Made by a program: the position numbers and the translations under genes. Positions 46,701-60,085 of a stretch of 64,000 nt of DNA are shown here, piece by piece (within the stretch, counting starts at the first letter, position 1; the number at the start of each line of letters is the position of its first letter). The notes under the pieces were generated by a model. The model had not been told where the DNA came from and did no database searches. It worked only from the letters and a program-made list of their open reading frames with translations. Origin of the DNA: Mobula birostris (lineage: Eukaryota); NCBI RefSeq assembly GCF_030028105.1, contig NC_092384.1, forward strand, positions 16,871,629 to 16,935,628. Direction: 5' to 3'.

Positions 46701-47719
46701 CGGACTAGTACAGCGCAGGATTCGGATATTCGGCTAAGCTGTCTGCCGCGAACATGATGCCAAATTAAACTAAATATCTACTGCTTGCAGTCCCTCATTT
46801 AATTAATCAGAAAGGAGAATGTTTTCCCCATGAAATCGGCTTATGATGTCTTTTAATCTTCAAAGTAATTGGTTCTCCATTCAATGCTCTGAGAGAATGA
46901 CTCACACATAAATATCATGTATTTAGCTAATTTAATAATTCTTTCGTATACTTATTTCCAGAATGAACATAGCACAGAAACAGAAAATATAGACGTTGCA
47001 GCACAACTTGAGAAACATTTAGCTGACAGGAGCAAAAAATCAAATATTGCTTAAATTAGATTTATTGACCTACTTTTAAACGTCAAGTGTGATAACACGA
47101 GCTGTCTGCTACATAGAGGTTTCAGAGAGGAGCAATCTTTGACCACAAATTTTCCATGATGTTACCAGCAGGCTCATGAGTGCAATTCTATTCTCAGGTA
47201 GCGTATTAGGTCCCATTAACACAAGATACAAATGCAATCTTAGTAAACTGACAGATGAATTGAAGTTCTATTCCGAACATCTTTTTCACAGAAAACATGC
47301 AGAAGCTCGCATGCAAATATTCGCATTTGTGAATAATAAACAGGATGTGAAAATATATCTATTTTAAGAGGATGCAAAACTTCATCGGAATTGAACAAAA
47401 GCAGCTGGCCTTTCAAATGGCAGAAAAAACAGGAAAAGAAAAAAAAAGAATGTACTCACTTCTTTCGAAGTTAATTGAAATACTTGGATTCATAATTCAC
47501 AAATGTAGAGTTAACAGTCCAGAAACACAATTCTGTGAAAAGAAGGTAAATGGAAGTTTTAATTCTGTTGATCTCCCTGCACATTCTAACGTGATCTGTG
47601 GAATATTCCGTGCATTCCACATTCAAGAGCCCAGCAAGTTGGACCATTCGTCTTTTTTGTTATCTATTCTATTAGGCTACTTTATATGCCTTGAATATGG
47701 AAGTTTATTCAGTTTCTTA

Positions 47720-48140
47720 TGCTAACATAATCTGTAAAAGTCGAGATTCCCACAGGTGTAAATGATCCGCGAGATGAATATGCCATTTGGAACAATTTTC
47801 AACTGCTGAGGCAGCTAGCATGAAAGGAGGGTTAGGGAGGTATAGATTCTGGATGGTGTTGAGCAGATGGCAAAGGCTACCAGTTCTGTAATCTATCAAA
47901 TAAAGGAGAGAAATAATGGGGACCATTACAGGAGAGGTGAAGGGCAGATGGAGCCAGGGCAAAATGGGGGAAGGGGAAGGCTTTGTTTGAATTGTGTGTG
48001 TTGTCGATGGATGCAACCACTGGGTAGCAAAGTTTTTTGGAAAATGGTGCTCCTTCAGATGTGGATGAGATATTCTGCCTGAAGCTGAATGGAATGATAA
48101 TTTCACATTACTTGTATCAGGAAGAAAATTGGAGAAACAA
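47720..48140 (-). mobile_element. Old Penelope-like fragment
   Basis: gcagatgctggcagcatcc-type tail and FPKNFATQWLHPST similar to the other Penelope copies. Confidence 0.5.
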
Positions 48141-48189
48141 GGCATAAACTTTTATTGATTATAAAGCGTTTAAATTTATAACAGTAATG

Positions 48190-49693
48190 TCGCCTGGCAA
48201 TAATTCAACTAAGTTAAAATATTTTGTGAAGATTTCCGTTTGTATTCAATGCCGAAGGCTTCTTCAATAAATGTCCAACAACAATCCGCCAGCATTAATG
48301 GATTCCAGCTGCCTTGATTCAATTTTTTCATGACCACAATCTCCTTCTGAATCCTTTCACCATGCTCGTTACGAACAGCACCAAGATTTGCATGGAAGAA
48401 TGCAGAAAATGAATTTTTTCTGACATGCTGCACTTCATGGTTTTGTGTGCTTGAAGTATGTTGTCAAGCAGCTGCATGTAGTTTGATGCTCTGTGGTTGC
48501 CAATATTTTGTTTTGAACGACATCCTTGAATGCCTTCCACTGGATTTTCTCTGGTCCCTCTAGACATTCTTCGAATGGCCTGCCATTTATGACCTGTTTG
48601 ATGTGCGGACCAACAGAAAAAGCCTTCCTTAATTTTGGCATCAGTTATTCTGGGAAACATCTCTCTCAAATATCGAAATCATCCACAGAAATTCTTGTAC
48701 CCGGAGACAGCAGATTTCATCCTTGTAGTTTTGAATCCAGTAATTCTGCTTTTGCCTTTGACAAACCCAAGTCGCTGACAAAGTCATTTAACTCAGACTG
48801 AGTATCACAAGAGGCTCACTCGACATAAAGAGTCCAAAATCTGTATCGGTATCAGTGTCGGTTGTCTATTCCTGCCACTTACACATTGTTATCTTCCTCT
48901 TCCTCCTCTAGACTGTATGTCCCTGGTGTCTTCAGTACTGCAAGACTATCATCATGCGGCTGAAGTCTCGATGCTGAAAGGAGATCGCAGTGTTCAATCC
49001 ATTTCTTGTTTATAACAGAGAAACCAGGCACGCTGGTCAGCTAGAACTAGCTCTCGCCATATCATCGGTACCACGAATGCTGTTGTCTTCCGAACATCTC
49101 TGAGGCAAAGTCTCAGATCAATAACGCCTGTTGAGCAACAAATGTGAAGGACCTAGGCATTGAGTTGGTCGCCAATCTTACACTCAAAGTAGAACTCATA
49201 GGCTTTCTTAAAAAGAAGAGTTATGCTTCCTGGTTGAGGTTAAAGCTTATACTCTCCACACAGAAAATATCGCGGTTGATGCAACATTGGCGAGACATCT
49301 TGCTTTCACAAATACTACTGAAAATAAAATAACTTGACTATAATGAATACACACAATATGCTATGCCCGCCGAACATGCGCATGAACATGACCAATGCAC
49401 ACTTAAACGCAACGCAAAGAACAGAGTGTGCATGATGCTTTTATAATCTTTCTAAAACCTGTCCTGCCATGCAGTATCCGCCCTGCTTAATACCCGAACA
49501 AGAAGAAAACTTTTCAGCTTACATCGTGGGCAACCATTTAATTGACTTGAAGTATGAATTGAAATAACAAATATAGGCGATTTAAAAATGGTATGTGATA
49601 GGGAAACTTCATGGTGACTTTCATGATCAGCAGCACAAAATCCCTGAGACAAACCGAAAGGTATCAAGGATGTAAATTCTTTGCTGTCCGGTG
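48190..49693 (-). mobile_element. Degenerate DNA transposon, Chapaev(CMC)-like transposase (ATG ~49298), internally deleted
   Basis: N-terminus MSRQC..FC..GEY..KKAYEFYFECKIGDQ. C-terminal pieces FPRITDAKIKEG(F)..VGPHIK, CSMSEKIHFLHS, NLGAV..EHGER..Q, MLADCCW. Family name is from recalled motifs, not a search. Confidence 0.65.
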
Positions 49694-51544
49694 AACTCGA
49701 AGGGGTGGTGGCGAACACATGTGCCTTGGAGCTGAGGGGTGGAAGAAGATGGGGCGGGGCGAGACACAGTATACTAGGGTTTATCTACAGCTGCCGAACG
49801 TAGCATCCAAGTTCTTGGGTTATGGAATATGAAAGCAGAATACCCAGAGACAGGCCACAGAATGTTAACCTTTGATGCAAAGGACCTGGTAAGGGACAAG
49901 AAAGCCGTGCTGCAGCAAGGGAAAATGACTCGGTTCAGCCACAATTGCGAACCATTCTGATCTTTTTAAATGGTATGTGTTGCTTAGAGGAAGTACAGTG
50001 AAGCTTCTCTAAATTGGGTCAAACAACATCGATGGAGAGAAGTGAACAGTCGAAGTTTCGTATTCAGACCCTTCATCAGAACTGGAAGAACGGAAAGGAG
50101 GAGGACAGGTAGCCAGTATTTAAAGGTCAGGAAAAGGTTGGAGCAAGAGTTGGAGAATAATAACTGGATCCAGGTGAGAAAGTGATTAGCATCACTCTCC
50201 GAAATCACTTGATCCTCCCTTGCATACTTGCAAACTACCTCGATGTTTAATCAGACTAAATTCCTCGCTCACGATCATGGCTGATCCAATCAGAAACTTT
50301 GATTCTGGTTTTCTTTTCGTCTGCAACTCACATCGGTATCAGTCAGCAGTACTTTGTAGCTACTCGGTTGCTTTCTAAAATTCTCTAGAAAACTAATGAT
50401 ATGATTTACGCCATGTAATCTAAATGTCTGGAACAATGAAGAAAATCATTTTTCAAATCTCGTTCTGCCAGAGAGCGCGTTTGCGTTCAGCTGATGAACT
50501 GACGAATCCTATGATTAATGGTACCCACGACTGAGGTACAACACTGTCCTCTCTAATATTCCCTCTAATTTTCGTTTAGCATAACCGAGAAAATTCATCT
50601 GCTTGAGTTATAACAGTTTTCTATTATTGACCTAGCACGTCGGCCAGTGTTTAAACAGGACTCCGGCGAAATATTATAAGAATCGAACAGACCGATAACT
50701 CGCCGATACACAGGATGGACCGAACTATTGATTCGGAAAGGTAAAAGGTGGAGGTATCTGTTTCAGGATAAACTGTACTTCTCCGATGTGGCAGTTTTCT
50801 CGTGATCTTGTTCGTCCGAACTTGAACATCTGGGGATCAAACGCCGGCCGTTCTATTTACCAAAAGAGTTCTCCGTCATGATCCTGACCGCAGTTTAAAT
50901 ACCACCATCTTCCGACTGAGATACTACATGATGCCATCGCCAAGCAGGTAACAGTCCATCTCGATGCATTTCAGATCATAGTCGGGGAATTCAATGAGGC
51001 TTGTTTGAAGAAATTCCTGCCCAATTACCCTCAGCACATAACGTGCAGCACCAGAACACCTAGCACACTAGACCTCTGCTACTGTACAAAATACAAGAAA
51101 TGTCGACACGTCCATGCCCAAAGAGCACATCTGATCGCTTGACTGTTCTTCTTGTACCTGCATAGAGATAAAAGGAAACGAGCAAGAGTCCGCAGATTAG
51201 GACAACAAAAGGGTGGTCGCGGGAGGCAGAGGAGCGGCTACGGGATTGCTTGAAGTTGGTGGACTGGGCTGTGTTCAAGGTCTCGTCTGTGAATGAATAC
51301 ACTACGGTTATCACGGACGTGAGAAAAAAAAACAGTTGTAGATAAGTGAGTCTAAGATTCCTGGGTGAACCATTGCATCTGCAGTCTGCTGAGGTCAGAT
51401 CTCAGGCAATCAAGATTGGCGACCAATAAAGTCATAAAAGGTTCAAAAAGGCATATCACGAGCGAATTGGCAATTCCAGATTAAACTCGAATGAATGAAG
51501 GATGCCCAACAGTTGCGACAGGGCGTGAATGCTATCAAAGTGCA

Positions 51545-53090
51545 ACAAACCAGTAAATCAGCAGATAGATCCTGGAAATCCGAAGCCACACACAATATGT
51601 GCTGGGGGAACTCAGCAGTCCAAGCAGGATTTATGGAACAGAATAAACAATCAACGTCTCGGGCCGAGATCCTACATCAGAACTGGAAAGGAAGGTCAAG
51701 AAGTTTGAATAAGAGGGAGAGGAGGAATCTTGGTTCAGACCCATCCATGAGGCTTCACATGCTCTCGATCTATTCTATGAATTTCAGTTCCCTGGCCCAG
51801 ATTGTTTCATTTTCACTATGAATGTCCAGTCTCTGTACACATCTAGTCACCATCAGGATGGTCTTAACGCTCTCCACTTCTTTCTGGACAACAGACTCAA
51901 CCAGTTGGTACTGTCCTCTGTCTGGCAGATCTGGAACCCATCTCCAACAATTTCTCGTTGGGATCCTTTGACTTTTTTCAAACCCAAGGTGCAGCTATGG
52001 GCAATCGCATGAGTCCTAGCTATGCTTGATCTTTCGTTGGCCATGTGGAACAGACAATGTCCCAATAATACACCAGCATCGCCCCCCAACTCTTCCAACA
52101 TTACATTGACGACTGCGTTGGTGCTGCTTCCTGCACTCATACAAGGCTCGTCAATTTCAGCAAAGTTGTTTCCAACGTCCACCCTCGTCACAATTTTTTT
52201 GTTCAATTTCTGAAATATGTCTCCCCTTTCTCGATATCTGTCTCAATCGCAGAAGACAGTCTAACTACAGATATATTTTATGAACCCATTGATTCTCAGA
52301 GCTATCTGGACTATACTTCTATCCACACTGTCACTTGTAAAAGTGCCATTCCCATCCAGATGAGTTTCTCAATCTCCACCGCTTCTGCTCTCATGATGAG
52401 GCTTGCATTCCAGAACTATTGAGATGTTCACCTTCTTCAAGGAAAGAAGCTTTCTTTCCTCCACCATCTACACTGCGCTCACCCTCATCTCTTCCATTTC
52501 GTGCCATCCTCCCACTGCCATACAGCGATAGGATTCCTCTTGCCCTCAGGTACCACTCCAATGCCTCCGCATCCAGCATATCATTCTATGTAACTACCAC
52601 CATTTCCTACAGGAACCCACCACCATGCATATCTTTTCCTACCCCCCCCCCCTTCCCACAACTTCCGCTCTCCATAGGTCATCCCTATGCAACCTCTTAG
52701 TCCACTCGTCGCACCCAATTGATCACACTCCCGGCACTTAGTCTTCTAAGCAGAACAAGTGCCGCAGTTGCCCATACAACCTCCTCGCTTACCACCATTC
52801 AGGGCCCGAAATAGTGAGGCGACACTTCACCTGCGATTCTACTGCGATTACGTAATGAATCCGGTGCTCCGGGCGTGGCATCCTGGTTTTTCGTGAGACC
52901 TGATGTAGATTGGGAGAACGCTTCATCGAGCACCTTATCTCCGTCTGCAACAAAAAGTGAGATTTCCCGGTGGCTACTCATTTCGATTCCACTTCCCATT
53001 CCAATTTCAACATGTTACCCTGGAATATCTGGATACATCAGGATGCTATTTATCGACTCATCTTTGAATACAATACTATCAGTTCCTCAA
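51545..53090 (+). mobile_element. Penelope-like element, degenerate, with inverted tail segment at its 5' side
   Basis: MNVQSLYTS..HQDGLNALHFFLD; gcagctatgggcaatcgcatgagtcctagctatgct; ATHFDS. Tail-like sequence at 51545-51720 is in the opposite orientation. Confidence 0.75.
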
Positions 53091-54056
53091 AACTAATCAA
53101 TGAGCTTGAAGACTTTAGCTTCAATACCCGCTTGAGCAATTTATTCTGCGATTTCCTCACTTGTAGACCCCAGTGATTACAGACTGGCAACAGCATCTCC
53201 TCCGCAAGCTGCATCTGCATAGGTGCCCCACAAGGCTATGTGATCACCATCCTGCTCTGATCGAGTTACACCTATAATCGTGTGGCTAAGCACAGCTCCA
53301 AGTTTTCTGAGGACACCACTGTCGTAGACGGAATCAAAGGTGAAAACCAATTAGTATATAGGAGGTAGATTAAAAATCTCTCTGCGTGCTGCCACAGCAA
53401 AAAAAAAAGAAAAACAAAATCAAACAAACAAACAAACACAATGCCAGCAAGAGTAACGAGCTGATTATTCACTTCAGGAAGAAGAAACCGGAGGTCTATG
53501 AGCCAGTCCTCATCGGGGGATCAGAGTTAGAGAGGGTTAGCCATTTTTAATTACTCAATGTTATCATTTCAGAGGACCTTTCCTGGTTATGATGATAGCA
53601 TGGCTGCGCATCTACTTCCATAGCAGTTGTGAAGAGATAGCTTTGACAAACTGCTGTAGATGTGCAGTGGATATTAGATTGAAACACCTAAGCCCCAGAA
53701 CGAAGATATCTTCAAAATGTAGTGGATACGGCCCAGCCCAATACAGATAACGCCCTACTCACCATTGAGCACATCTACATGTAGAGATATCACAAGCAGC
53801 AGCATCCATCATCACAGACCCCCACCAGCAAGGTCATGCTTTTTTTCTCGATACTGTCCTCAGAAAAAGATACAGGAGACTCTGAACTTATACCACCAAG
53901 TTCAGGAAAAGTATCACCCCTCAACAATCAGGCTCCTGAACTAGAGGGATTAACTGTGCCGATTTTCACATGCTCTATCACTAAACTGTTCCCACAACCT
54001 ATGTCCTCACTTTCAAGGACTTTTCCTTTCATGTTCTCGATTGTTACTGCTTATGT

Positions 54057-54083
54057 ATTATTATTATTATTATTATTATTATT
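54057..54083. repeat. (ATT)9 microsatellite
   Basis: Direct read of the sequence. Confidence 0.9.
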
Positions 54084-55099
54084 GATATTATTACATTTTA
54101 TTATATTTTTTGTCAGCTCAAGCTTCTGAAACCTGAAGTATGGTCGTAGCCAAACACACTCAGTTCTCAATTGGTAGGAATATTTAGACTATTCCAGTGA
54201 ATTTTAGTATTGTGGTTTCTGAAGATCTACATCAATTTTACTGTATACATCGAATTGTTTGATGATACTGTGTAGTGACTTTGGGATGATACCAGTTGTA
54301 GATATTACTATTTGGACAGTACATCTATTTCATGTTCCATAGTCGTTTAATTTTCTTTTTTCATCTAGCATATTTTCGGTGTTTTTCACTTATTGGTTTC
54401 TATATGTTTTGTGAGCTTGGAATGGTTATATCTATTAAGGACGTTGTCCTTGCTTATTCATCCTGTAATCTATCTGCACAGTTATTATGGATTGCCCTGT
54501 CTCTTAGACATTTGCCTCTGCCACTCTACGCACTGTTCTATGCTGTTAGACAGTGTGACGGTCTAGTTAACACAGCCTCTCTTTGTCCTGAAGCCTCCTT
54601 GCTCTCTCTTCAAGCACACATCTCCAACACCTGAATCCGTTGGATAACGACTAAAATTTACACAACAGTCAGACAAAGCTTCGAAGGATATACGTTCTGT
54701 AATGATAGATCAGTAGTAACATTATTTGTGTGACTCTGACTCTGAAACTGGACCAGTCTTGTATTTATAGCAATGTATGATTTCTTTTATCAGGTTGTAT
54801 TTCAACGCAAGGTTTTGGTGAATAGTGTTTGCTATGTCATTGTGCCGGTGCAAGTAATCAGATTGAGTTAAACTGCTGCAGGATCCTGTAATGTGTTCGA
54901 TCGTTTCTTTTCTTTTCTCTTGAAATGTTCTACAATTATCATCTTGTATTTGTTAGTTTTTAATATATTTTTGCTAATTACTGCTGTGTGAACCACCAGG
55001 TCCTGCATGTTATATGAATATGAATGGTAAAGATTGCGGGACTATGACACGTGTATATCCGGATGCCTGATTCGCAGGAGGCTACTATGAACGCGCGTC

Positions 55100-56170
55100 A
55101 ATAAGGTTACAAAAAGTCCAGATGCGAGCCCCGGAAAGCTGACTGCAAACAAACTATGCAAATATAGATGTAAATAAATAGCAATAAATAACAAGTGTGA
55201 AATAACAATGTAGCAGAGCCCTTACATGAGTGTAGCACTCCCCTTTGTTGAAAAGCCTGATGTTTGAGAGGTAGGAACTGTCCTTGAACCCGGTGGTATG
55301 AGTCCTGAGGCATCTGTACCTTCACCGTGATGGCAGGAGCGAGAAAGGAGCATGGCATAGATGGTGAGGATCTTTGATGATGGATGCTGCTTTTCTATGG
55401 CAGCGTTTCATGTAGATGTGCTCAATGGTCAGGAGGGTTTTACCTTGCTGTACTGGACCGAATCCACTACTTCTGTAGGATTTTCCCCTCAAAGGCATTG
55501 GTGTTCCCTTACCAGGCTGCAATACAGCCAGTCAGCACACTTTCTACCACGCATCATTAGAGGTTTGCCAAAGTTTTCGATGACATGCCGAACCTCCTTA
55601 GGAAGTGGAGGCGCTGTCGTGCTTTCTTCGCTATAATATTTATATAATGAGTCCAGGACAGGTCCTCTGAGATAGTGACACCTAGGACATTAAAGTAACT
55701 GACCCTATCCAGCTCTGATCCTCCGATGATTACTGGCTCCGGACCTCCAGTTTCCCTTTCCTGAAGTTTAAAATCAATTTCTTGGTCTTATTGACATTGA
55801 GTGAGAGGCTGTTGTTATTACATTACTCAGCCAAGTTTCGAATATCGCTCCTGTATACTGATTCATCATCCCTTTTGATACAGCCGACAATCGTGGTGGC
55901 GTCAGCAAATTTGTATATGGTGTTGGAGTGTACATAGCTACACAGATATAGGTGTAAAGCGAGTGGAGCAGGGAGCTAAGTACACATCTCTGCGGTGCTA
56001 ATGTGCTGATGGAGATTGTGGAGGGGATTTTTTTACAATCCGAACTAACCCTAATGCTTGCATCCACAAGTGAGTAAATCCAGGATCCAATTGCACAAGG
56101 GCGTATTGAGGGCCAGTTTTTAGAGTTTACTGTTTGGTTTTGCCCAGGTGATGGTGTTAAATGCCGAGCT
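55100..56170 (-). mobile_element. Rex1/Babar-type RT and 3' end
   Basis: STISISTLAPQRCVLSSLLHSLYT..; aaatttgctgacgccaccacgattgtcggc; similar to 21865-23075. Confidence 0.78.
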
Positions 56171-56875
56171 GTAATATAAATCTCCGGAAAATAAATTTAA
56201 AGGAGGGAGGTAAGACTGCAGATGAGTAGACCCGAGGCATCATATCTGGTGGACTGAGCACAGTATTAGTGAGCTAATTCACAGTATTGTTCTCTAATCA
56301 GGAAGGAAATACACCAGCCTTAGGGCCCAGACCACCAGTTTAGGAACAATGATTACCTTCAACCATCAGGCTTCGGAAACAACGTGGATAATTTCACTCT
56401 TCTCAATACTGAACTGATTCAACAAACGATGGATTGATTTTCAATTACCATGTTCTCAGGATATTTTCTGACCTAATTATTTATGATTATTACAATATTT
56501 TGTATTTGCACAGTTTGTCTTCTTTTGCACATTGGTTGTTCGTCAGTCTTTGTCGGCAATTTTTCATTGATTTGATTGCATTTCTTTGTTGCGCTGCGAA
56601 TGCCCGCAAGAAAATGAGTTTCAGGGTAATAAATGGTGAATATACCTACGTTGATATTATGTTTACTTCGAAGGCTGAACTTTAAGGAATTGTGCAAATA
56701 CATTGGAAATAGTTCTGCGTGATGGTATATAAGAATGATCCGTAGATTGGCGAGTAGTCAGATGAAGCATATTGGCCCGGCTGTATTTGCATCCGCTGAA
56801 GTTAGAAAAGTAAAAGTTGTATCGATTGATATGCATTTGATCTTGAGGGCTCTAAAAGAGGTAGCTATGAAGGGC

Positions 56876-57913
56876 ATATATGCACACATTTCTAATTTCC
56901 TGTTTAATACCATCTCCGACCTCACTGCTACTGTTAGGTGGCCTGTACACAACTCCCAGCAGCGTTTTCTGCCCCTTAGTGTTACGCAGCTCTACCCATA
57001 TCGATTCCACATCTTCCCGGCTTATGTCCTTCCTTTCTATTGCGTTAATCTCATCTTTAACCAGCAACGCCACCCCACCTCCTTTTCTTTCATGTCTATC
57101 CCTCCTGAGTATTGAATATCCCTGAACGTTGAGCTTCCATCCTTGGTCACCCTGGAGCCATGTCTCTTGATCCCAACTATATCATAATCATTAATAACAA
57201 TCTGCAATTTCAATTCATCCACCTTGTTACAAATGCTCCTGCATTGACACACAAAGCCTTCAGGCGCTCTTTTACAACTCTCTCAGCCTTGATACAATTA
57301 ATTTGGAAAAGTGGCCCTTTTTGATGCTTGCCCTGGATTTGTCGGCCTGCCACTTTTACTTTTCTCCTTACTACTTTTTGCTTCTACCCTCACTTTACAC
57401 CCCTCTGTCTCTCTGCACTGGTTCCCATCCCCCGTTGTGAACTAACCTCCTCACGCCTAGCCTCTTTAATTTGATTCCCACCCCCCAACCATTCTAGTTT
57501 AAAGTCACCTCAGTAGCCCTCGCTAATCTCCCTGCCAGGATATTGGTCCCCCTAGGATTCAAGTGTAACCCGTCGTTTTTGTACAGGTCACGCCTGCGCC
57601 AAAATAGGTCCCAATGATCCAAAAACTTGAATCCCTGCCTCCTGCTCCAATCCCTCAGCCACGCATTTATCCTCCACCTCATCGCATTCCTACTCTCACT
57701 GTCGCGTGGCACAGGCAGTAAACCCGAGATTACTACCTTTTGCGGTCCTTTTTCTCAACTCCCTTCCTAGCTCCCTATATTCTCCTTTCAGGACCTCTTC
57801 CCTTTTCCTACCTATGTCATTGGTACCTATATGTACCACGACCTCTGGCTCCTCACCCTCCCACTTCAGGATATCTTGAACACGATCAGAAATATCCCAG
57901 ACCCTGGCACCAG
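56876..57913 (-). mobile_element. CR1 ORF1-ORF2 junction fragment, same subfamily as 15955-20165, inverted
   Basis: PEVVVHIGTNDIG, DGLHLNPRGTNILAG, ELRNTKG; closely matches the reverse complement of 16600-17640. Confidence 0.9.
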
Positions 57914-57914
57914 A

Positions 57915-60085
57915 ATGGTGCATAACAGAATGGGAATGGGATGGGACATCAACCGTTTCGATTTCACTGCACCTTGTTCCCAATCCTACCTCACTCCTTC
58001 CGAATGCTCTGCCTTTCACTCCCTCCGCACTTATCCTAACTTTACTATAAAACCCGCCGATAAGCGGGGTGCTGTTGTAGTCTGGCGTACTGACCTCTAC
58101 CTTGCCAAGGCACAGCGACAACTCACGGATACGTCCTCTTACTTACCCCTCGATCATGACCCCACTAAGGAGCACCAGGGCACTGGCTCCCACACCATCC
58201 CCAACTTTATCCGCTCAGGGGATCTTCCATCCACTGCTACCGACCTTATAGTTCCCACATCCTGCACTTCCTGTTTCTACCTCCTACCCAAGAACCACAA
58301 ACCTGCCTGACCAGGTGGACCCATTGTCTCAGCTTGCTCCTGCCCCACCGAACTCATTTCTGCATACCTCGACCCTTGCTCAATCCCTTCCTACCTATGT
58401 TCGTGACACTTATCACGCTCTAAATTTTTTCGATAATTTTAAGTTCCCGGCCCCCACCGCTTTATTTTCACCATGGATGTCCAGTCCCTATATACCTCCA
58501 TACCCCACCAGCAAGGTCTCAAAGCTCTCCGCTTCTTTTTGGATTCCAGACCTAACCAGATCCCCTCTACCACCACTCTGCTCCGTCTAGAGGAATTAGC
58601 CCTTACTCTTAATAATTTCTACTTTAGCTCCTCCCACTTCCACCAAACTAAAGGTGTAGCCATGGGCACCGGTATGGGTCCTAGCTATGCTTGCCTTTTT
58701 GTTGGTTTTGTGGAACAATCCATGTGTCAAACCTATACTGGTATCTGTCCCCCATTTTTCCTTCGCTACATCTACGGTTGCATTGGTGCTGCTTCCTGCA
58801 TGCATGCTGAGATCGTTGACTTCATGAACCTTCCCTCCAACTTTCACCCTGCCCTCAAGTTTACTTGGTCCATTTCCTATACCTCCCTCCCCAACCTTGA
58901 TCTTTCTGTCTCTATCTCTGGAAACAGCTTCTCTACTGATGTCTACTACAAGCCTACGGACTCTCACAGGTACCTGGACTATTCCCCTTCTCACCCTGTC
59001 TCTTACAAAAATGCCACCCCCTTCTCGCAATTTCTCCGTCTCCGCCGCATCTGCTCTGAGGATGTGGCTATTCATTCCAGGACGAAGGAGATGTCTTCCT
59101 TTTTTAAGGAAAGGGGCTTCCCTTCCTCCACCATCAACTTTGTTCACAAACGTAACTCTCCTATTTCACGCACATCTGGTCTCACCCCATCCTCCCGCCA
59201 CTCCACTAGGAACAGGGTTCCCCTTTTCCTCACCTAACACCCCACCTGCATATAAGTCCAACATATAATTCTCCGAGGCTTCCGCCACCTCCAACGGGAT
59301 CCCACCACTAAGCACATCTTTCCCTTCCTCCCTCTCTGTTTTCCGCAGGGGTCGCTCCCTACGCGACTCCCTTGTCCATTCGTCCCCCCTGTCCATTCCC
59401 ACCGATCTCCCTCCTGGCACTTATCCTTGTAAGCGGCACAAGTGCTACACATGCCCTTAAACTTCCTCCCTCACCACCATTCAGGGCCCCAAACAACCTT
59501 CCAGGTGAGGCGACACTTCACCTGTGAGTCGGCTGGTGTGATATACTGCGTCCGGTGCTCCCGATGCGGCCTTCTATGTATTGGCGAGACCCGACGCAGA
59601 CTGGGAGACCGTTTTGCTGCACATCTACGCTCTGTCCGCCAGGAAAAGCAGGATCTCCGAGTGGCCACACATTTTAATTCCACGTCCCATTCCGATTCTG
59701 ATATGTCTATCCACGGCCTCTTCTACTGTAAAGATGAAGCCACACTCAGGTTAGAGGAACAGCGCCTTATATTCTGTTTGGGTAGCCTTCAACCTAATGG
59801 CATGAACATTGACTTCTCCAACTGCCGTTAATGCCCCACCTACCTTTCGTACCCCATCCGTTATTTATTTATGAAATATTATTATTGATCTTTTTCTCTC
59901 CGTCCTTCCCCCCCCCCCCTCGTCCCTCTTACTATACTCCTTGCCCATGCTGTGGGCTTCCCCCCTCCCCTTTTCTTTCTCCTTAGGCCTCCTGTCCCAT
60001 GATCCTCTCATATCCCTTTTGCCAATCACCTGTGCAGCTCTTTGCTCCACCCCTCCACCTCCTGTTTTCTCCTGTCATTTCGGAT
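57915..60085 (+). mobile_element. Penelope-like element (RT + GIY-YIG); tail split by CR1 and resuming at 63146-63315
   Basis: IKPADKRGAVVVW, MDVQSLYTSIPH, GVAMGTGMGPSYACLFVG, YKPTDSH; IYCVRCSRCGLLCIGETRRRLGDRF..ATHFNS..LEEQRLIF..GMN. Confidence 0.92.

Larger units (their letters stand above)
27040..46780. repeat. Segmental duplication, copy 2 (contains the intact receptor gene)
   Basis: See the block list for copy 1 (3320-20860). Confidence 0.85.
50690..54090 (+). mobile_element. Rex1/Babar-type LINE, degenerate, interrupted by a Penelope element (~51545-53090)
   Basis: APE-region remnants (cggccgttctatttaccaaaagag, gtcggggaattcaat, cactagacctctgc) at 50690-51540; RT remnants (ggtgccccacaaggc, aagttttctgaggacaccactgtcg) at 53095-54000. 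Confidence 0.7.
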
